63,665 nucleotides of DNA from contig JASBZD010000001.1 in the NCBI GenBank assembly GCA_029983595.1, positions 1 through 63,665 on the forward strand, in the 5' to 3' direction. Shown here piece after piece: positions 20,963-31,696 of the stretch. The stretch is from Peptoniphilaceae bacterium. Its GTDB lineage: Bacteria; Bacillota; Clostridia; Tissierellales; Peptoniphilaceae. The notes beneath the pieces were generated by a model, which was not told where the DNA came from, made no database searches, and saw only the letters and a program-made list of their open reading frames with translations. The position numbers and the translations under genes are program-made. Positions within the stretch are counted from its first letter, which is position 1. Each line of letters begins with the position of its first letter.

Positions 20963-21634
20963 ATGATATTTTGTGTAGAAGATGATAAAAACATTCAAGA
21001 ACTCGTAAAGTATACTCTTGAAAGTAATGGGTATGAGGTAAAGGGTTTTGATGATGGAAGCGAGCTATTAAATAACCTGGCAACACATGATGTCGAGCTA
21101 ATACTTTTAGACATTATGCTTCCAGGTGAAGATGGTATATCTCTTATGAGACAGATTCGTGAAGATAAAGAATTTGGTAATGTACCAATTATTCTACTTA
21201 CTGCAAAATCTACTGAACTAGATAAAGTTATAGGTTTAGATGGCGGCGCTGATGATTATATCACTAAGCCATTTAGTATCCTAGAACTTTTATCTAGAAT
21301 TAATGCGGTACTTAGAAGATCTAATAGAGAGCTTGACCCTAACAATTATAATTTTAATGGGCTTACATTAGATATAAATAAACGCGAAGCTCTATTAAAT
21401 GGGGAAAGAGTAAACTTAACATATAAAGAATTTGAACTACTTTTATATCTTATGAAAAATAAAGATATAGTTTTAACACGTGAAAATATAATAAATGAAG
21501 TATGGGGATTTGATTTTGAGGGAGAAACGCGTACTGTAGATGTACATATTGCTACCCTAAGAAATAAACTAGATGAATGGTCTAGATATATCCATACTAT
21601 TAGAAATCTAGGATATAAAATAGGGGATTCATAA
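20963..21634 (+). CDS. phoP: OmpR/PhoB-family response regulator
   Basis: VEDD, LDIMLP, GADDYITKPF, TRTVDVHI; in pst cluster. Confidence 0.88.
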   Translation: MIFCVEDDKNIQELVKYTLESNGYEVKGFDDGSELLNNLATHDVELILLDIMLPGEDGISLMRQIREDKEFGNVPIILLTAKSTELDKVIGLDGGADDYITKPFSILELLSRINAVLRRSNRELDPNNYNFNGLTLDINKREALLNGERVNLTYKEFELLLYLMKNKDIVLTRENIINEVWGFDFEGETRTVDVHIATLRNKLDEWSRYIHTIRNLGYKIGDS

Positions 21635-23290
21635 ATGAAACGAAGATATTTTATATCGTTTCTTGCATTATTTATAATTGGAATGATGTTTTCTTATATT
21701 GTCAATTTTAACTTTTTTTCTAAAATTATTATTGATTCATATGACTCTGAATCTAACTTAATAAAATCAGTTATAGAGTTATCTGAAGATGAAAACATAT
21801 ATAAATATAATATTGAAATGGCAGATAGTAAAACAATACTGCCATTTTTGATATTTGATGATAATAAATTAATTTATAAATCATCAGAGATAAATAATCT
21901 AGAAGAACTTAGTCAGTTAAATAATTATAACGATATTAATAAAACTGATTTTAAAAATTATAATAAGAAAACTAGTGTACTTAATAATGGTGATATAATT
22001 ATTTTTTTAGAAAAAACACCTATTATTAAAAGTTCATTAATAGATGTTTTTCCTAACTTACTAGTTTATATTATAGCTGGAATAATAATATCTTTAATTA
22101 TAGCTAAATATAATTATCAATCTACTATTGATAAACTAGTAGGGAATCTAATTGACTATAAAGAAGGAAAATTTAAAATTGATATAGATGATGATTCTTA
22201 TCCTATTTTCAATGTAATTAATGAGCAATCTCAAAATATCTCTGCGAACCAGAATATCGTGAATATTCAAAATGATACTATTCATGCAATAATTTATAAC
22301 ATGGCAGAAGGTATGATTTTATTAAATCAAGATATGGAAATTCTTGTTTTAAATGATTCTTCACTAAAATTATTAGATATAGATTATGAGGGTTCTAATT
22401 TTCAAGGAGTAAATATAAAAAGTTTAGTTCGAAATAGTAAATTAGTTGAAATTATAGATGATGCATTAAATGGCAATAATCTTAATTACTCTACAGATCT
22501 AATAATTAAAGAAAAAATTATCACTGCTATATTAAACCCTGTTGAATATAACGAAGATAATGTTGGCTATGTATTGTTTTTAGTCGATGAAACTAAACAG
22601 AAATCTTTAGAAAAACAAAGAAGTGAGTTTAGTGCAAATGTTTCACATGAACTTAAAACTCCATTAACTTCTATAAATGGATATGCTGAAATGATTATGT
22701 CGGGGATTGCAAAAGAATCAGATATTAAAAAATTTGCTCAAGTAATCTACAACGAGGGCAATCATCTTTTAAGCATGATAGATGATATTATTAAAATTTC
22801 AAAGTTAGATGAAGAACAAGAAGGATATGATTTTGAAGTTTTAAATATCACAGATTCTATAAATGATGTATTAGATGTCCTAAGATTTAAAGCTGAAGAT
22901 TATAATGTAAATCTAATCTATAATGAAAAGAGAGATTTAAAATATTGTGCTGACAAAAGACTGTTTTCTGAGCTTATGTTAAATCTTGTAGATAACGCAA
23001 TAAAATATAATAAACCTGGCGGATATGTAAAAATTGAAACATCAGAGTTACCAAGTGGTTTAGTTATAAAAGTTTCAGATACTGGTATAGGCATATCAGA
23101 AGATGATAAAGCTAGAGTATTCGAAAGATTTTATACAGTAGATAGAAGTCATAATAAAAAAGACAGCTCTGGACTGGGTTTAGCTATTGTAAAACATATT
23201 GTAAAAATATTTGATGGCAAAGTTGAGTTAAATAGTAAAGTAGGCGAGGGTTCGACATTTACGCTTACTCTTCCATTAAAGAAAGGGTAG
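21635..23290 (+). CDS. phoR: PhoR-type sensor histidine kinase
   Basis: Two TM segments, PAS-like region, ANVSHELKTPLT, NLVDNAIKYN, DTGIGI, GLGLAIVKH. Confidence 0.88.
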   Translation: MKRRYFISFLALFIIGMMFSYIVNFNFFSKIIIDSYDSESNLIKSVIELSEDENIYKYNIEMADSKTILPFLIFDDNKLIYKSSEINNLEELSQLNNYNDINKTDFKNYNKKTSVLNNGDIIIFLEKTPIIKSSLIDVFPNLLVYIIAGIIISLIIAKYNYQSTIDKLVGNLIDYKEGKFKIDIDDDSYPIFNVINEQSQNISANQNIVNIQNDTIHAIIYNMAEGMILLNQDMEILVLNDSSLKLLDIDYEGSNFQGVNIKSLVRNSKLVEIIDDALNGNNLNYSTDLIIKEKIITAILNPVEYNEDNVGYVLFLVDETKQKSLEKQRSEFSANVSHELKTPLTSINGYAEMIMSGIAKESDIKKFAQVIYNEGNHLLSMIDDIIKISKLDEEQEGYDFEVLNITDSINDVLDVLRFKAEDYNVNLIYNEKRDLKYCADKRLFSELMLNLVDNAIKYNKPGGYVKIETSELPSGLVIKVSDTGIGISEDDKARVFERFYTVDRSHNKKDSSGLGLAIVKHIVKIFDGKVELNSKVGEGSTFTLTLPLKKG

Positions 23291-23308
23291 TTTATCCTTT
23301 CTTTTTTT
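23279..23308 (+). terminator. intrinsic terminator
   Basis: AAGAAAGGGTA..TATCCTTTCTT then T run. Confidence 0.8.
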
Positions 23309-23309
23309 A

Positions 23310-23338
23310 TAGATAAAAATACTTACTTATAATATAAT
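23310..23338 (+). promoter_or_regulatory. sigma-A promoter of uppS operon
   Basis: TAGATA, 17 nt, TATAAT (23333-38). Confidence 0.6.
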
Positions 23339-23344
23339 TTAAAT

Positions 23345-24088
23345 ATGAATACTGAAAAAGAACAAATTTTAAATAAGATAGATAAAAATAATTTACCATC
23401 ACATGTTGCTATTATAATGGATGGAAATGGCAGATGGGCAAAAAAACAAAATAAAATCAGAACTTTTGGTCACAAAGAAGGGGCAGAAAACGTAGTTGAA
23501 ATTGTGAGAGCTTCTTCAAATCTTGGCATTAAAGAACTGAGTTTATATGCTTTTTCTACTGAGAATTGGAAAAGACCTGCTAAAGAAGTAGATACTATAA
23601 TGTCTCTTGTGGTTAAATTTATTGATAAATATATCGATGAATTAAATAGAGAAAATGTCTATTTACAGATGCTAGGTAGAAGAGATGAAGTACCTGATTT
23701 TGTTTTAGATAAAGTAGATTACGCATTAGATCTAACTAAGAATAATAATGGAATGATTCTTAATCTTTGTTTAAATTATGGATCAAGACAGGAAATTTTA
23801 GACGCATGTAAAAGTTTAGTTAAAGAATATCAAAATTATTCTATAGAAGATATAGAGAGAATTAATTTTAATGATTTTGAAAAATATTTATATAGTAAAA
23901 ATTATACTGATGTAGATTTATTAATAAGACCTAGTGGTGAGCTTAGATTAAGTAACTTTTTAATGTATCAATCTAGTTATGCTGAATTATATTTTAGCGA
24001 TATATTATGGCCTGATTTTAAAAAGGAAAATCTTTATGAAGCTATATTAGATTTTCAAAATAGAAATAGGCGTTTTGGAGGAGTTTAA
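23345..24088 (+). CDS. uppS: undecaprenyl diphosphate synthase
   Basis: IMDGNGRWA, FSTENWKRP, RPSGELRLSNF, RNRRFGG. Confidence 0.96.
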   Translation: MNTEKEQILNKIDKNNLPSHVAIIMDGNGRWAKKQNKIRTFGHKEGAENVVEIVRASSNLGIKELSLYAFSTENWKRPAKEVDTIMSLVVKFIDKYIDELNRENVYLQMLGRRDEVPDFVLDKVDYALDLTKNNNGMILNLCLNYGSRQEILDACKSLVKEYQNYSIEDIERINFNDFEKYLYSKNYTDVDLLIRPSGELRLSNFLMYQSSYAELYFSDILWPDFKKENLYEAILDFQNRNRRFGGV

Positions 24089-24858
24089 TGTCTGATTTAT
24101 ATAAAAGATTTATTACTGCTATAGTAGGTGTTGCTCTTTTAATAATAGTATTATATATTGGAGGAGCTATTCTAAATATAGCGGTATCTTTTTTGATTCT
24201 AGTAGGTCTATATGAGCTTACTAGAGCTTTTAATAGTAATGACTATAATATTAGATATGCCTATTCTATTATTATTACTTTAATTCTAATGATTGATATT
24301 ACTGTTAGACATTCTATTAATGTTACATTATACTCAATTTTAGGTCTTAGTTTATTTGATTTATTAATAATGAGAAATAATGTTAAAAATATTTGTGCAA
24401 TGGCATTTATAATGCTCTATTTAATTCTAGGATTTTCTTCATTAATGTTAATTAAGAATAATGTATATATAGGGCTTATATTTATTATTTCTTTTTCTTC
24501 AGATACTTTTGCATATTTTGCAGGAAATCTTTTTGGTAAACACAAACTAATACCTGATGTAAGTCCAAATAAGACGATTGAGGGATCTATAGGTGCTATT
24601 TTAGGTACTATTTTAACTACCTATATTTATCTTAGATTATTTAATATGAATAATGTTTTATATGATATAGCTTTAGCAGTCGTAGGCTCTATTCTAGCTC
24701 AATGTGGGGATTTAGTGGCATCTCGTATAAAAAGAGATCTAAAAATTAAAGATTATGGGAAGATTTTTCCTGGACACGGTGGTGTGATGGATAGATTTGA
24801 TTCTGTAATTTTAGTTTCTTTAGTGGTTATGTTATTTTATAACATACTTTATATATAA
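24088..24858 (+). CDS. cdsA: phosphatidate cytidylyltransferase
   Basis: SDTFAYF, SPNKTIEG, GDLVASRIKR, PGHGGVMDRFDS. Confidence 0.95.
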   Translation: MSDLYKRFITAIVGVALLIIVLYIGGAILNIAVSFLILVGLYELTRAFNSNDYNIRYAYSIIITLILMIDITVRHSINVTLYSILGLSLFDLLIMRNNVKNICAMAFIMLYLILGFSSLMLIKNNVYIGLIFIISFSSDTFAYFAGNLFGKHKLIPDVSPNKTIEGSIGAILGTILTTYIYLRLFNMNNVLYDIALAVVGSILAQCGDLVASRIKRDLKIKDYGKIFPGHGGVMDRFDSVILVSLVVMLFYNILYI

Positions 24859-24867
24859 GGAGTTTTT

Positions 24868-25866
24868 ATGTTTATTATTTATGCTTTACTAGTTTTTCTA
24901 GTAGTTATTGTAATCCATGAATTTGGTCATTTTTTTGTGGCTAAAAGTTTTGGGATTTCAGTAAATGAATTTTCTGTGGGTATGGGCCCACTTTTATTAT
25001 CTAAGAAGAAGGATGAAACTCAATATTCTCTTCGTGCTCTTCCAATTGGTGGATATGTGGCTTTAGAAGGAGAAGAAGAAAAAAGCGATGACCCTAATAG
25101 TTTTAATAATGCTCACCCATTAAAACGTATCTTAGTTTTACTAGCTGGTGCATTTATGAATTTTGTGCTTGCTGTAGTTTTAGCTATTATAGTATTTAGT
25201 ATAAGTGGTACTCAGACTACTACCATTAACCAGGTTATGGACGATAGTGCTGCCTATGAGGCTTCATTGATGCCTGGTGACACTATTTTAAAAATTGATA
25301 ATATAGATATAAAGTCATGGGAGCAAGTTTCACAAACTTTTAATGATCTAAAAAAAGAGAATGTAAATATTTTAATCGAAAGAAATGGCGAAAAAATAGA
25401 AAAAAATGTAAATCTTAAAGTGGTTGATGGAAACTATATTTTAGGAATTACACCTACTATGGCAAAAAATACTGGAAAAGTCATTCCAGCTTCCTTTTCA
25501 TACGTAAAAAAGGTAGTTACTGATGTTTATAGATATTTAGGGAATCTTTTTACTGGTAATGTAAGTGTATCTAACTTATCTGGACCAGTAGGAATAGTTA
25601 AGATGATTGGATCCCAATCTAAAGAAGGATTTTTAAATGTTTTATTAATCACTAGTTTAATAAGTGCAAATCTTGGCGCATTTAATCTTCTTCCATTTCC
25701 TGCATTAGATGGAGGTACAATTTTAATAACTTTTATTGAATGGATTATCGGAAAAGAAATACCAGAAAAAGTAAAAACTGTTATTAATATTGTAGGTTTT
25801 AGTATTTTAATATTACTAATAGTTTATGTTACTATTTTTAATGATTTAAGAGGAATTAGAGGTTAA
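24868..25866 (+). CDS. rseP: RIP metalloprotease RseP
   Basis: HEFGH, PDZ region, NLLPFPALDGG. Confidence 0.95.
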   Translation: MFIIYALLVFLVVIVIHEFGHFFVAKSFGISVNEFSVGMGPLLLSKKKDETQYSLRALPIGGYVALEGEEEKSDDPNSFNNAHPLKRILVLLAGAFMNFVLAVVLAIIVFSISGTQTTTINQVMDDSAAYEASLMPGDTILKIDNIDIKSWEQVSQTFNDLKKENVNILIERNGEKIEKNVNLKVVDGNYILGITPTMAKNTGKVIPASFSYVKKVVTDVYRYLGNLFTGNVSVSNLSGPVGIVKMIGSQSKEGFLNVLLITSLISANLGAFNLLPFPALDGGTILITFIEWIIGKEIPEKVKTVINIVGFSILILLIVYVTIFNDLRGIRG

Positions 25867-25867
25867 G

Positions 25868-26911
25868 ATGAAAAAATCTAAAGAAATTTCAGTTGGTGGA
25901 GTTAAAATTGGTGGTGGCAATAAAATCTCAATTCAGTCAATGACTAATACTAAGACGAATGATGTAGATTCGACAGTATCCCAAATTCTAGCTTTACAAC
26001 AAGAAGGGTGTGAGTTAATTCGTGTTGCAGTATCTAGCGAAGATGATGCAAAAGCTCTACCACTTATAAAACAAAAAATTAACATACCTCTTATTGTAGA
26101 TATACAATTTGATCATAAATTGGCTCTTATGGCCTCTGAAAATGGTGCGGATTGTATAAGAATTAATCCTGGAAATATTGGCAACAAAGATAAGGTAAGA
26201 GAAGTAGTAGAATCTTGTAAATATCATGGTATTCCTATTCGTGTAGGTGTAAATTCTGGTTCTATTAAAAGAAGTGTAATAGATAAATATGGCGGAGTTA
26301 ATAAAAATTCATTAGTAGAAAGTGCTTTAGGAGAGCTAGAAGTACTTGAAAGCCTTGGTTTTTATAATACGAAAGTCTCTATTAAAGCCAGTGATGTAAT
26401 TACTAATATAGAAGCTAATAGATTATTTAGAGAAAAGAGTGATTATCCACTACATTTAGGAGTTACTGAGGCTGGTGGTCTTTTAAGTGGTACTGTTAAC
26501 TCTTCTATTGGAATTGGCACACTTTTATATGAGGGAATAGGAGATACTATTAGAGTTTCATTAAGTTATGATCCAATTTATGAAATAAAAGTAGCAAAAC
26601 ATATATTACAATCTTTAAATTTGAGAAGATTTGGTGTGAAAATTGTTTCATGTCCTACATGTGCAAGAACTGATATAGATCTAATAAATATGGTAAAAGA
26701 GTTAGAATCTAGAGAGTCAGAGATTATTGGAGATTATAAAATTGCAGTTATGGGATGTATTGTTAATGGACCAGGAGAGGCGAGAGAAGCAGATTATGGT
26801 ATAACTGGAAAAGATGGAGAAGGTTATATTTTTAAAGATGGTAAGATTATAGAGACAGTTAAAGAAGAAAGACTTATAGATAGGCTTATTGAAATAGTAA
26901 ATAAAGGATGA
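25868..26911 (+). CDS. ispG: HMBPP synthase
   Basis: IQSMTNT, RINPGNIG, HLGVTEAG, SCPTCAR, MGCIVNGPGEA. Confidence 0.96.
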   Translation: MKKSKEISVGGVKIGGGNKISIQSMTNTKTNDVDSTVSQILALQQEGCELIRVAVSSEDDAKALPLIKQKINIPLIVDIQFDHKLALMASENGADCIRINPGNIGNKDKVREVVESCKYHGIPIRVGVNSGSIKRSVIDKYGGVNKNSLVESALGELEVLESLGFYNTKVSIKASDVITNIEANRLFREKSDYPLHLGVTEAGGLLSGTVNSSIGIGTLLYEGIGDTIRVSLSYDPIYEIKVAKHILQSLNLRRFGVKIVSCPTCARTDIDLINMVKELESRESEIIGDYKIAVMGCIVNGPGEAREADYGITGKDGEGYIFKDGKIIETVKEERLIDRLIEIVNKG

Positions 26912-29900
26912 TTTATGTGGCTAAAGTCTTAAAAAAATTCAATGAAATATTTAAAGATTTAGATAGTTCTTGGGATGACTTTTACTTAGTAGATTTAAAA
27001 ATTATAAAATCAAAATCAAAATGTATAGTTGAGTATAGTGCTAGTGGCGATTTTAAAGAAGAATATAATGAGAAAGTAAATGAACTTTTTAAAACGATTG
27101 TAACTAGTTTAGATATTGATTCTAATTTTATTATTTTAGACGAAGAAGATGGAATAGTAGATCTAAGTTATATTGTTGAAAATAAATTAGATATCTTAAA
27201 TTTTCAATATAAGATAGAATCAAAAGATGAGATTTTTGAAATCACAATCTATGAGGATATTGATGAGAAAAAACTAGAGTCATTAAAAGAAGAATGCAGT
27301 TTAAAAAATTTTAACTGCAATTTTTTTGTAAATATTTCTGACACTAAAGAAAAAGTACTAGAAAATTCTAAACACATTGAAGATGAATTTATTAGTAATA
27401 TCGAAATAAAAGAAGTCTCTAAGCCCAAAATAGAAATTTCTACTGAAACTGAAAAAAAGCTAACATATAGAAAGCCTCCAAAATTTGATGCTCCACTGAC
27501 TTCATTAAAGGATTTAAACTCTGATATTTTAAAATGCACTACTACTGGTGAAATTTTCAAGATAGATTTTAAAGATATAAAAAATGGCGAAATGGTTATT
27601 ATGACAATTTATTATAGCGATAATACTGAGTCAATTTATACTAAGTTATTTTTAAAACCTGATGAAGCAAATGGATATAGAGAATCTTTAAAAACTGGGA
27701 TGAATATTTTAGTAATTGGCGAGCTTCAATATGATGACTTTTTAAAATCAAACTATATCAGACCAAACTATTTTGAAGTTTCAGATCCGGTTAAAAAAAT
27801 AGATAATTATGAAAATAAGAGAGTAGAGCTCCATGCACATACTAATATGAGTATGAATGATGGAATGAATGATGTATTTGATCTTATTAAAAAAGCTAAA
27901 GAATATGGACATGATGCTATTGCTATTACTGATCATGCAGTAGTTCAGGCGTATCCAGAGGCTATGTATGCGGTTAAAGATTTAGGAGTAAAAGTTATTT
28001 ATGGAATGGAGGCATATGTAGTTGATGATAGTGTGCCAATTTTACGTAAATTAGAAAATCTAAAAGATAATTATGATAATTTTGTAGTATTTGACCTTGA
28101 GACAACTGGTCTATCATCTAGAAATAATAAGATAATTGAGATTGGTGCTGTAAAGATACAAAATAATAAAATAGTCGATACTTATAATACCTTTATAGAT
28201 CCAGAAGAGTTTCTAGATGGAAAAATAATTGAATTAACTAATATAACTGATGAAATGCTAAAAGGAAGTCCTAAATTTAATGAAATATGCGATGAGTTTA
28301 GAAAATTTATAAAGGATTCAATTTTAGTAGCTCATAATGCTGAGTTTGATATAGGTTTTCTAGAAAATGCTTTTAGAAATGAAGCATGTGAGTTTAATAA
28401 CCCTTATATAGACACGTTGGAATTATCAAGAATTTTAAATCCTGATATAAAATCTCATAGATTAGGAAAACTAGCTAAAAAGTATGGTGTATCTTTAGTT
28501 AATGCGCATAGGGCGATAGATGATGCTATGGCTACTGCTGAAGTATTTTTAAGAATGATTAGAGATTATCTTTCAGAAGATTCATTTAATGAAACTTTAG
28601 AAAATTTAGTAAATCTTATTAATATAAGAAAACTTTCTGAAGGAGAGCCATATCATGCGGTTATTTTAGTAAAAACACAAGAAGGCTTACAAAATCTATA
28701 TAAATTAGTAAGTCTATCTCATACTGAATATTTTAATAGAGTGCCAATTATACCTAAATCAATTTTTAATGAATATAGAGATGGCTTATTAATAAGCACT
28801 GCTTGCCAAGATGGTGAGTTATTTAAGGCGATTTTAAATAATAAATATGAAAAAATAGAAGAAATTGTAAATTTTTATGACTATTTTGAAGTCCAACCAG
28901 TTAAAAACTATCTAAATCTAGTTGGCTCGATGGTAAAAAGTAAAGAAGAAATAAAGGATCTTATAACTGAAATAGTAAATATTTCTAAAAAATACAATAA
29001 AATATTAGTCGCGACCGGAGATGTGCACTATATTTCTGACGAATATAGATTACCTCGTCAGATTATAAAGCATAATATGCTTTTAAAAGATAGGGATGAG
29101 TATAATAATGATTATTCGTTTTTAACTACTGATGAGATGATTAAAGAGTTTGATTTTCTAGGAAATAAATCATATGAGATAGTAATTGAAAACTCTAATA
29201 AAATTAATGATTTAATTGAAGAAGTAACTCCATTACCATCTGATACATTTCCACCAGTGATAGAAGGTTCTGATAAAATGCTCAGAGAAATCTCATATAA
29301 TAATGCGCATAAACTCTATGGTGAGAATATTCCAAAATATGTTAAATCTAGAATGGATACTGAGCTTGATTCAATTATAAAAAATGGTTATTCGGTATTA
29401 TATATTATTGCCAGAAAACTGGTTAAAAAAGCTAATGAAGATGGATATCTAGTAGGTTCAAGGGGATCAGTAGGTTCTAGTTTTGTAGCTAACTTATGTG
29501 AGATTACAGAAGTAAATCCATTAAAGCCACATTATTTATGTAAAAAATGCCATTATTCAGAATTTCTAGAATCTAATGAAATAGGAATTTATTCTGGTCA
29601 CGATCTACCTCATAAAAAATGCCCTCAGTGTGGTGAAGATTTGGAAAGACTGGGAGATGAAATCCCATTTGAGGTATTTTTAGGGTTTGATGGAGATAAA
29701 GAGCCTGATATAGATTTAAACTTTGCTGGTGAATATCAAGTTACAGCTCATAAATATGTAGAGGAACTTTTTGGTACTGGCAAAGTATTTAGAGCTGGCA
29801 CGATTGGTAAAATTAAAGATAAAACTGCATATGGATATGTCTTAAAATATATTGAAGAGTCCGATCTTAATATATCTAAAGCACATATTGAAAAACTTTC

Positions 29901-31131
29901 CACTTTAGTAACTGGAGTAAAAAGAACTACTGGACAGCACGCTGGTGGTATAATGATCGTTCCAGATTATAAAGATATTCATGATTTTACTCCTATACAA
30001 AAACCTGCTAATAAATTAGATGTAGATACTATTACTACTCATTTTGATTATGCAGCTATAAGTGGGATTATTCTAAAGTTAGATATCTTAGGTCATGATG
30101 TACCGTCTATGGCTAGAATGTTAGAAGATTTTACTAATACAGATATACTAGATGTGCCTTTTAATGATGAAAAGACTATGAGTCTATTTAATTCATCTGA
30201 CGTTTTAAATTATAATACTGAAATATTTGATTCTAAAGTAGGCACATTAGGTATACCTGAATTTGGTACTAATTTTGTACAAAACATGTTGGAGGAGACG
30301 AAACCTAAAACTTTTTCTGAATTAACTAGAATTTCAGGTCTAAGTCATGGGACCGATGTATGGTCTGGAAATGCTGATGAACTTGTAAGATCTAATCAGG
30401 CTGAACTTAAAGATCTAATTGCTACAAGAGAAGATATTATGCAGGATTTAATTAATGCTGGCGCAGATAAAAAGTTTTCATTTTTTACTATGGAAAAAGT
30501 AAGAAAAGGAAAAGGATTAAGCGAAGAAGAAGAAAACTTAATAAGAAATCTCGATCTTCCTAGCTGGTATATTGATTCTTTAAATAAAATTCAATATATG
30601 TTCCCTAAAGCTCATGCTGTAGCTTATGTATCTATGGCGTATAGATTAGCTTATTATAAAATAAATTATCCATTGGAATTTTATGCAACATATTTGACAA
30701 CCAAAATAGATGAGTTTGATATTGATGCTGTCTATCGTGGAGAAGGTGCTATAAAAGATAAGATTCAGTCTATAAGAGATAAGAATATGAATAAGAAGAT
30801 GTCTAAAAAAGATGACGATATTATAACTGTTCAGAATATCTGTCTAGAAATAAAATCTAGAGGTATAGAAATAGGGACAATAGACTTATATAACTCTGAA
30901 GCGACTAAATTTATAATTAGAGATGAAAAAATCATCCCTCCTTTTATGGCTGTTCCAGGACTTGGAGAGTCTGTAGCAGAGGCGATCGTAAGATGCAGAG
31001 AAGAGGATAAGTTTATTTCAATTGAAGACTTTAGAGTAAAAACTAAAACTTCAAGTACATGTATAGAATTTTTAAAGAATATTGGGGTATTAGATAGTCT
31101 AAGTAACACGAATCAAATGTCACTTTTTTAG
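26908..31131 (+). CDS. polC: DNA polymerase III PolC-type
   Basis: VELHAHT PHP domain, FDLETTG exonuclease insert, GSRGSVGSS, Zn finger, KEPDIDLNF; start may be GTG 26917. Confidence 0.97.
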   Translation: MIYVAKVLKKFNEIFKDLDSSWDDFYLVDLKIIKSKSKCIVEYSASGDFKEEYNEKVNELFKTIVTSLDIDSNFIILDEEDGIVDLSYIVENKLDILNFQYKIESKDEIFEITIYEDIDEKKLESLKEECSLKNFNCNFFVNISDTKEKVLENSKHIEDEFISNIEIKEVSKPKIEISTETEKKLTYRKPPKFDAPLTSLKDLNSDILKCTTTGEIFKIDFKDIKNGEMVIMTIYYSDNTESIYTKLFLKPDEANGYRESLKTGMNILVIGELQYDDFLKSNYIRPNYFEVSDPVKKIDNYENKRVELHAHTNMSMNDGMNDVFDLIKKAKEYGHDAIAITDHAVVQAYPEAMYAVKDLGVKVIYGMEAYVVDDSVPILRKLENLKDNYDNFVVFDLETTGLSSRNNKIIEIGAVKIQNNKIVDTYNTFIDPEEFLDGKIIELTNITDEMLKGSPKFNEICDEFRKFIKDSILVAHNAEFDIGFLENAFRNEACEFNNPYIDTLELSRILNPDIKSHRLGKLAKKYGVSLVNAHRAIDDAMATAEVFLRMIRDYLSEDSFNETLENLVNLINIRKLSEGEPYHAVILVKTQEGLQNLYKLVSLSHTEYFNRVPIIPKSIFNEYRDGLLISTACQDGELFKAILNNKYEKIEEIVNFYDYFEVQPVKNYLNLVGSMVKSKEEIKDLITEIVNISKKYNKILVATGDVHYISDEYRLPRQIIKHNMLLKDRDEYNNDYSFLTTDEMIKEFDFLGNKSYEIVIENSNKINDLIEEVTPLPSDTFPPVIEGSDKMLREISYNNAHKLYGENIPKYVKSRMDTELDSIIKNGYSVLYIIARKLVKKANEDGYLVGSRGSVGSSFVANLCEITEVNPLKPHYLCKKCHYSEFLESNEIGIYSGHDLPHKKCPQCGEDLERLGDEIPFEVFLGFDGDKEPDIDLNFAGEYQVTAHKYVEELFGTGKVFRAGTIGKIKDKTAYGYVLKYIEESDLNISKAHIEKLSTLVTGVKRTTGQHAGGIMIVPDYKDIHDFTPIQKPANKLDVDTITTHFDYAAISGIILKLDILGHDVPSMARMLEDFTNTDILDVPFNDEKTMSLFNSSDVLNYNTEIFDSKVGTLGIPEFGTNFVQNMLEETKPKTFSELTRISGLSHGTDVWSGNADELVRSNQAELKDLIATREDIMQDLINAGADKKFSFFTMEKVRKGKGLSEEEENLIRNLDLPSWYIDSLNKIQYMFPKAHAVAYVSMAYRLAYYKINYPLEFYATYLTTKIDEFDIDAVYRGEGAIKDKIQSIRDKNMNKKMSKKDDDIITVQNICLEIKSRGIEIGTIDLYNSEATKFIIRDEKIIPPFMAVPGLGESVAEAIVRCREEDKFISIEDFRVKTKTSSTCIEFLKNIGVLDSLSNTNQMSLF

Positions 31132-31140
31132 AGTAAAGAT

Positions 31141-31169
31141 TTGAAGATTAGCTAGATTTGTGGTAATAT
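31141..31169 (+). promoter_or_regulatory. sigma-A promoter of rimP-nusA-infB operon
   Basis: TTGAAG, 17 nt with TG, TAATAT. Confidence 0.6.
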
Positions 31170-31196
31170 ATTAATAATTAAAGTAAGAAGTCTGGA

Positions 31197-31227
31197 GGAG
31201 TGGTTATATATACCACTCTTTCTTTTT
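31197..31227 (+). promoter_or_regulatory. rimP leader attenuator hairpin
   Basis: GAGTGGT-TATATAT-ACCACTC then TTTCTTTTT between promoter and rimP RBS; matches the known rimP-leader terminator arrangement. Confidence 0.7.
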
Positions 31228-31238
31228 GGAGTGATTAA

Positions 31239-31694
31239 GTGAATAAAAAAGAATTAGAATTAGAAATTGAAAATCTCTTATTAGAAAATGGATATGAACT
31301 AGTTGAATTAAATGTTAAAAATGGGCAAAACCCAATTTTAGAAGTTTATATCTATAAAGAAGATGGTATTGGAATAGATGAATGTAAATTTGTATCTGAT
31401 TTAATTGATAATAATATTGATACTGATTCATATTTTCCAAATAACTATAATCTTGAAGTAGCTTCGCCAGGATTAGATAGAAATTTAAAAACTGATGGGG
31501 ATTTAAGACGTAATCTTAATAAAACATTAGAGATTAAACTTTACCAAAAAGTAAATGATAAAAAAGATTTAGTAGCTGATTTAATTGATTTTAATGAAAC
31601 TACGATAAAGGTTAAAAATAATGATGAAATATTAGAGATTAACCGAGATATAATTGCGACTATGAAGCAATATATAGATTTTGGGAGGATATAA
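31239..31694 (+). CDS. rimP: ribosome maturation factor RimP
   Basis: YNLEVASPGLDR; upstream of nusA. Confidence 0.93.
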   Translation: MNKKELELEIENLLLENGYELVELNVKNGQNPILEVYIYKEDGIGIDECKFVSDLIDNNIDTDSYFPNNYNLEVASPGLDRNLKTDGDLRRNLNKTLEIKLYQKVNDKKDLVADLIDFNETTIKVKNNDEILEINRDIIATMKQYIDFGRI

Positions 31695-31696
31695 AA

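Noticed and set aside
26908..31131. Intein or frameshift in PolC
   Set aside because: Length and domain order are normal for PolC; no splicing motifs seen.
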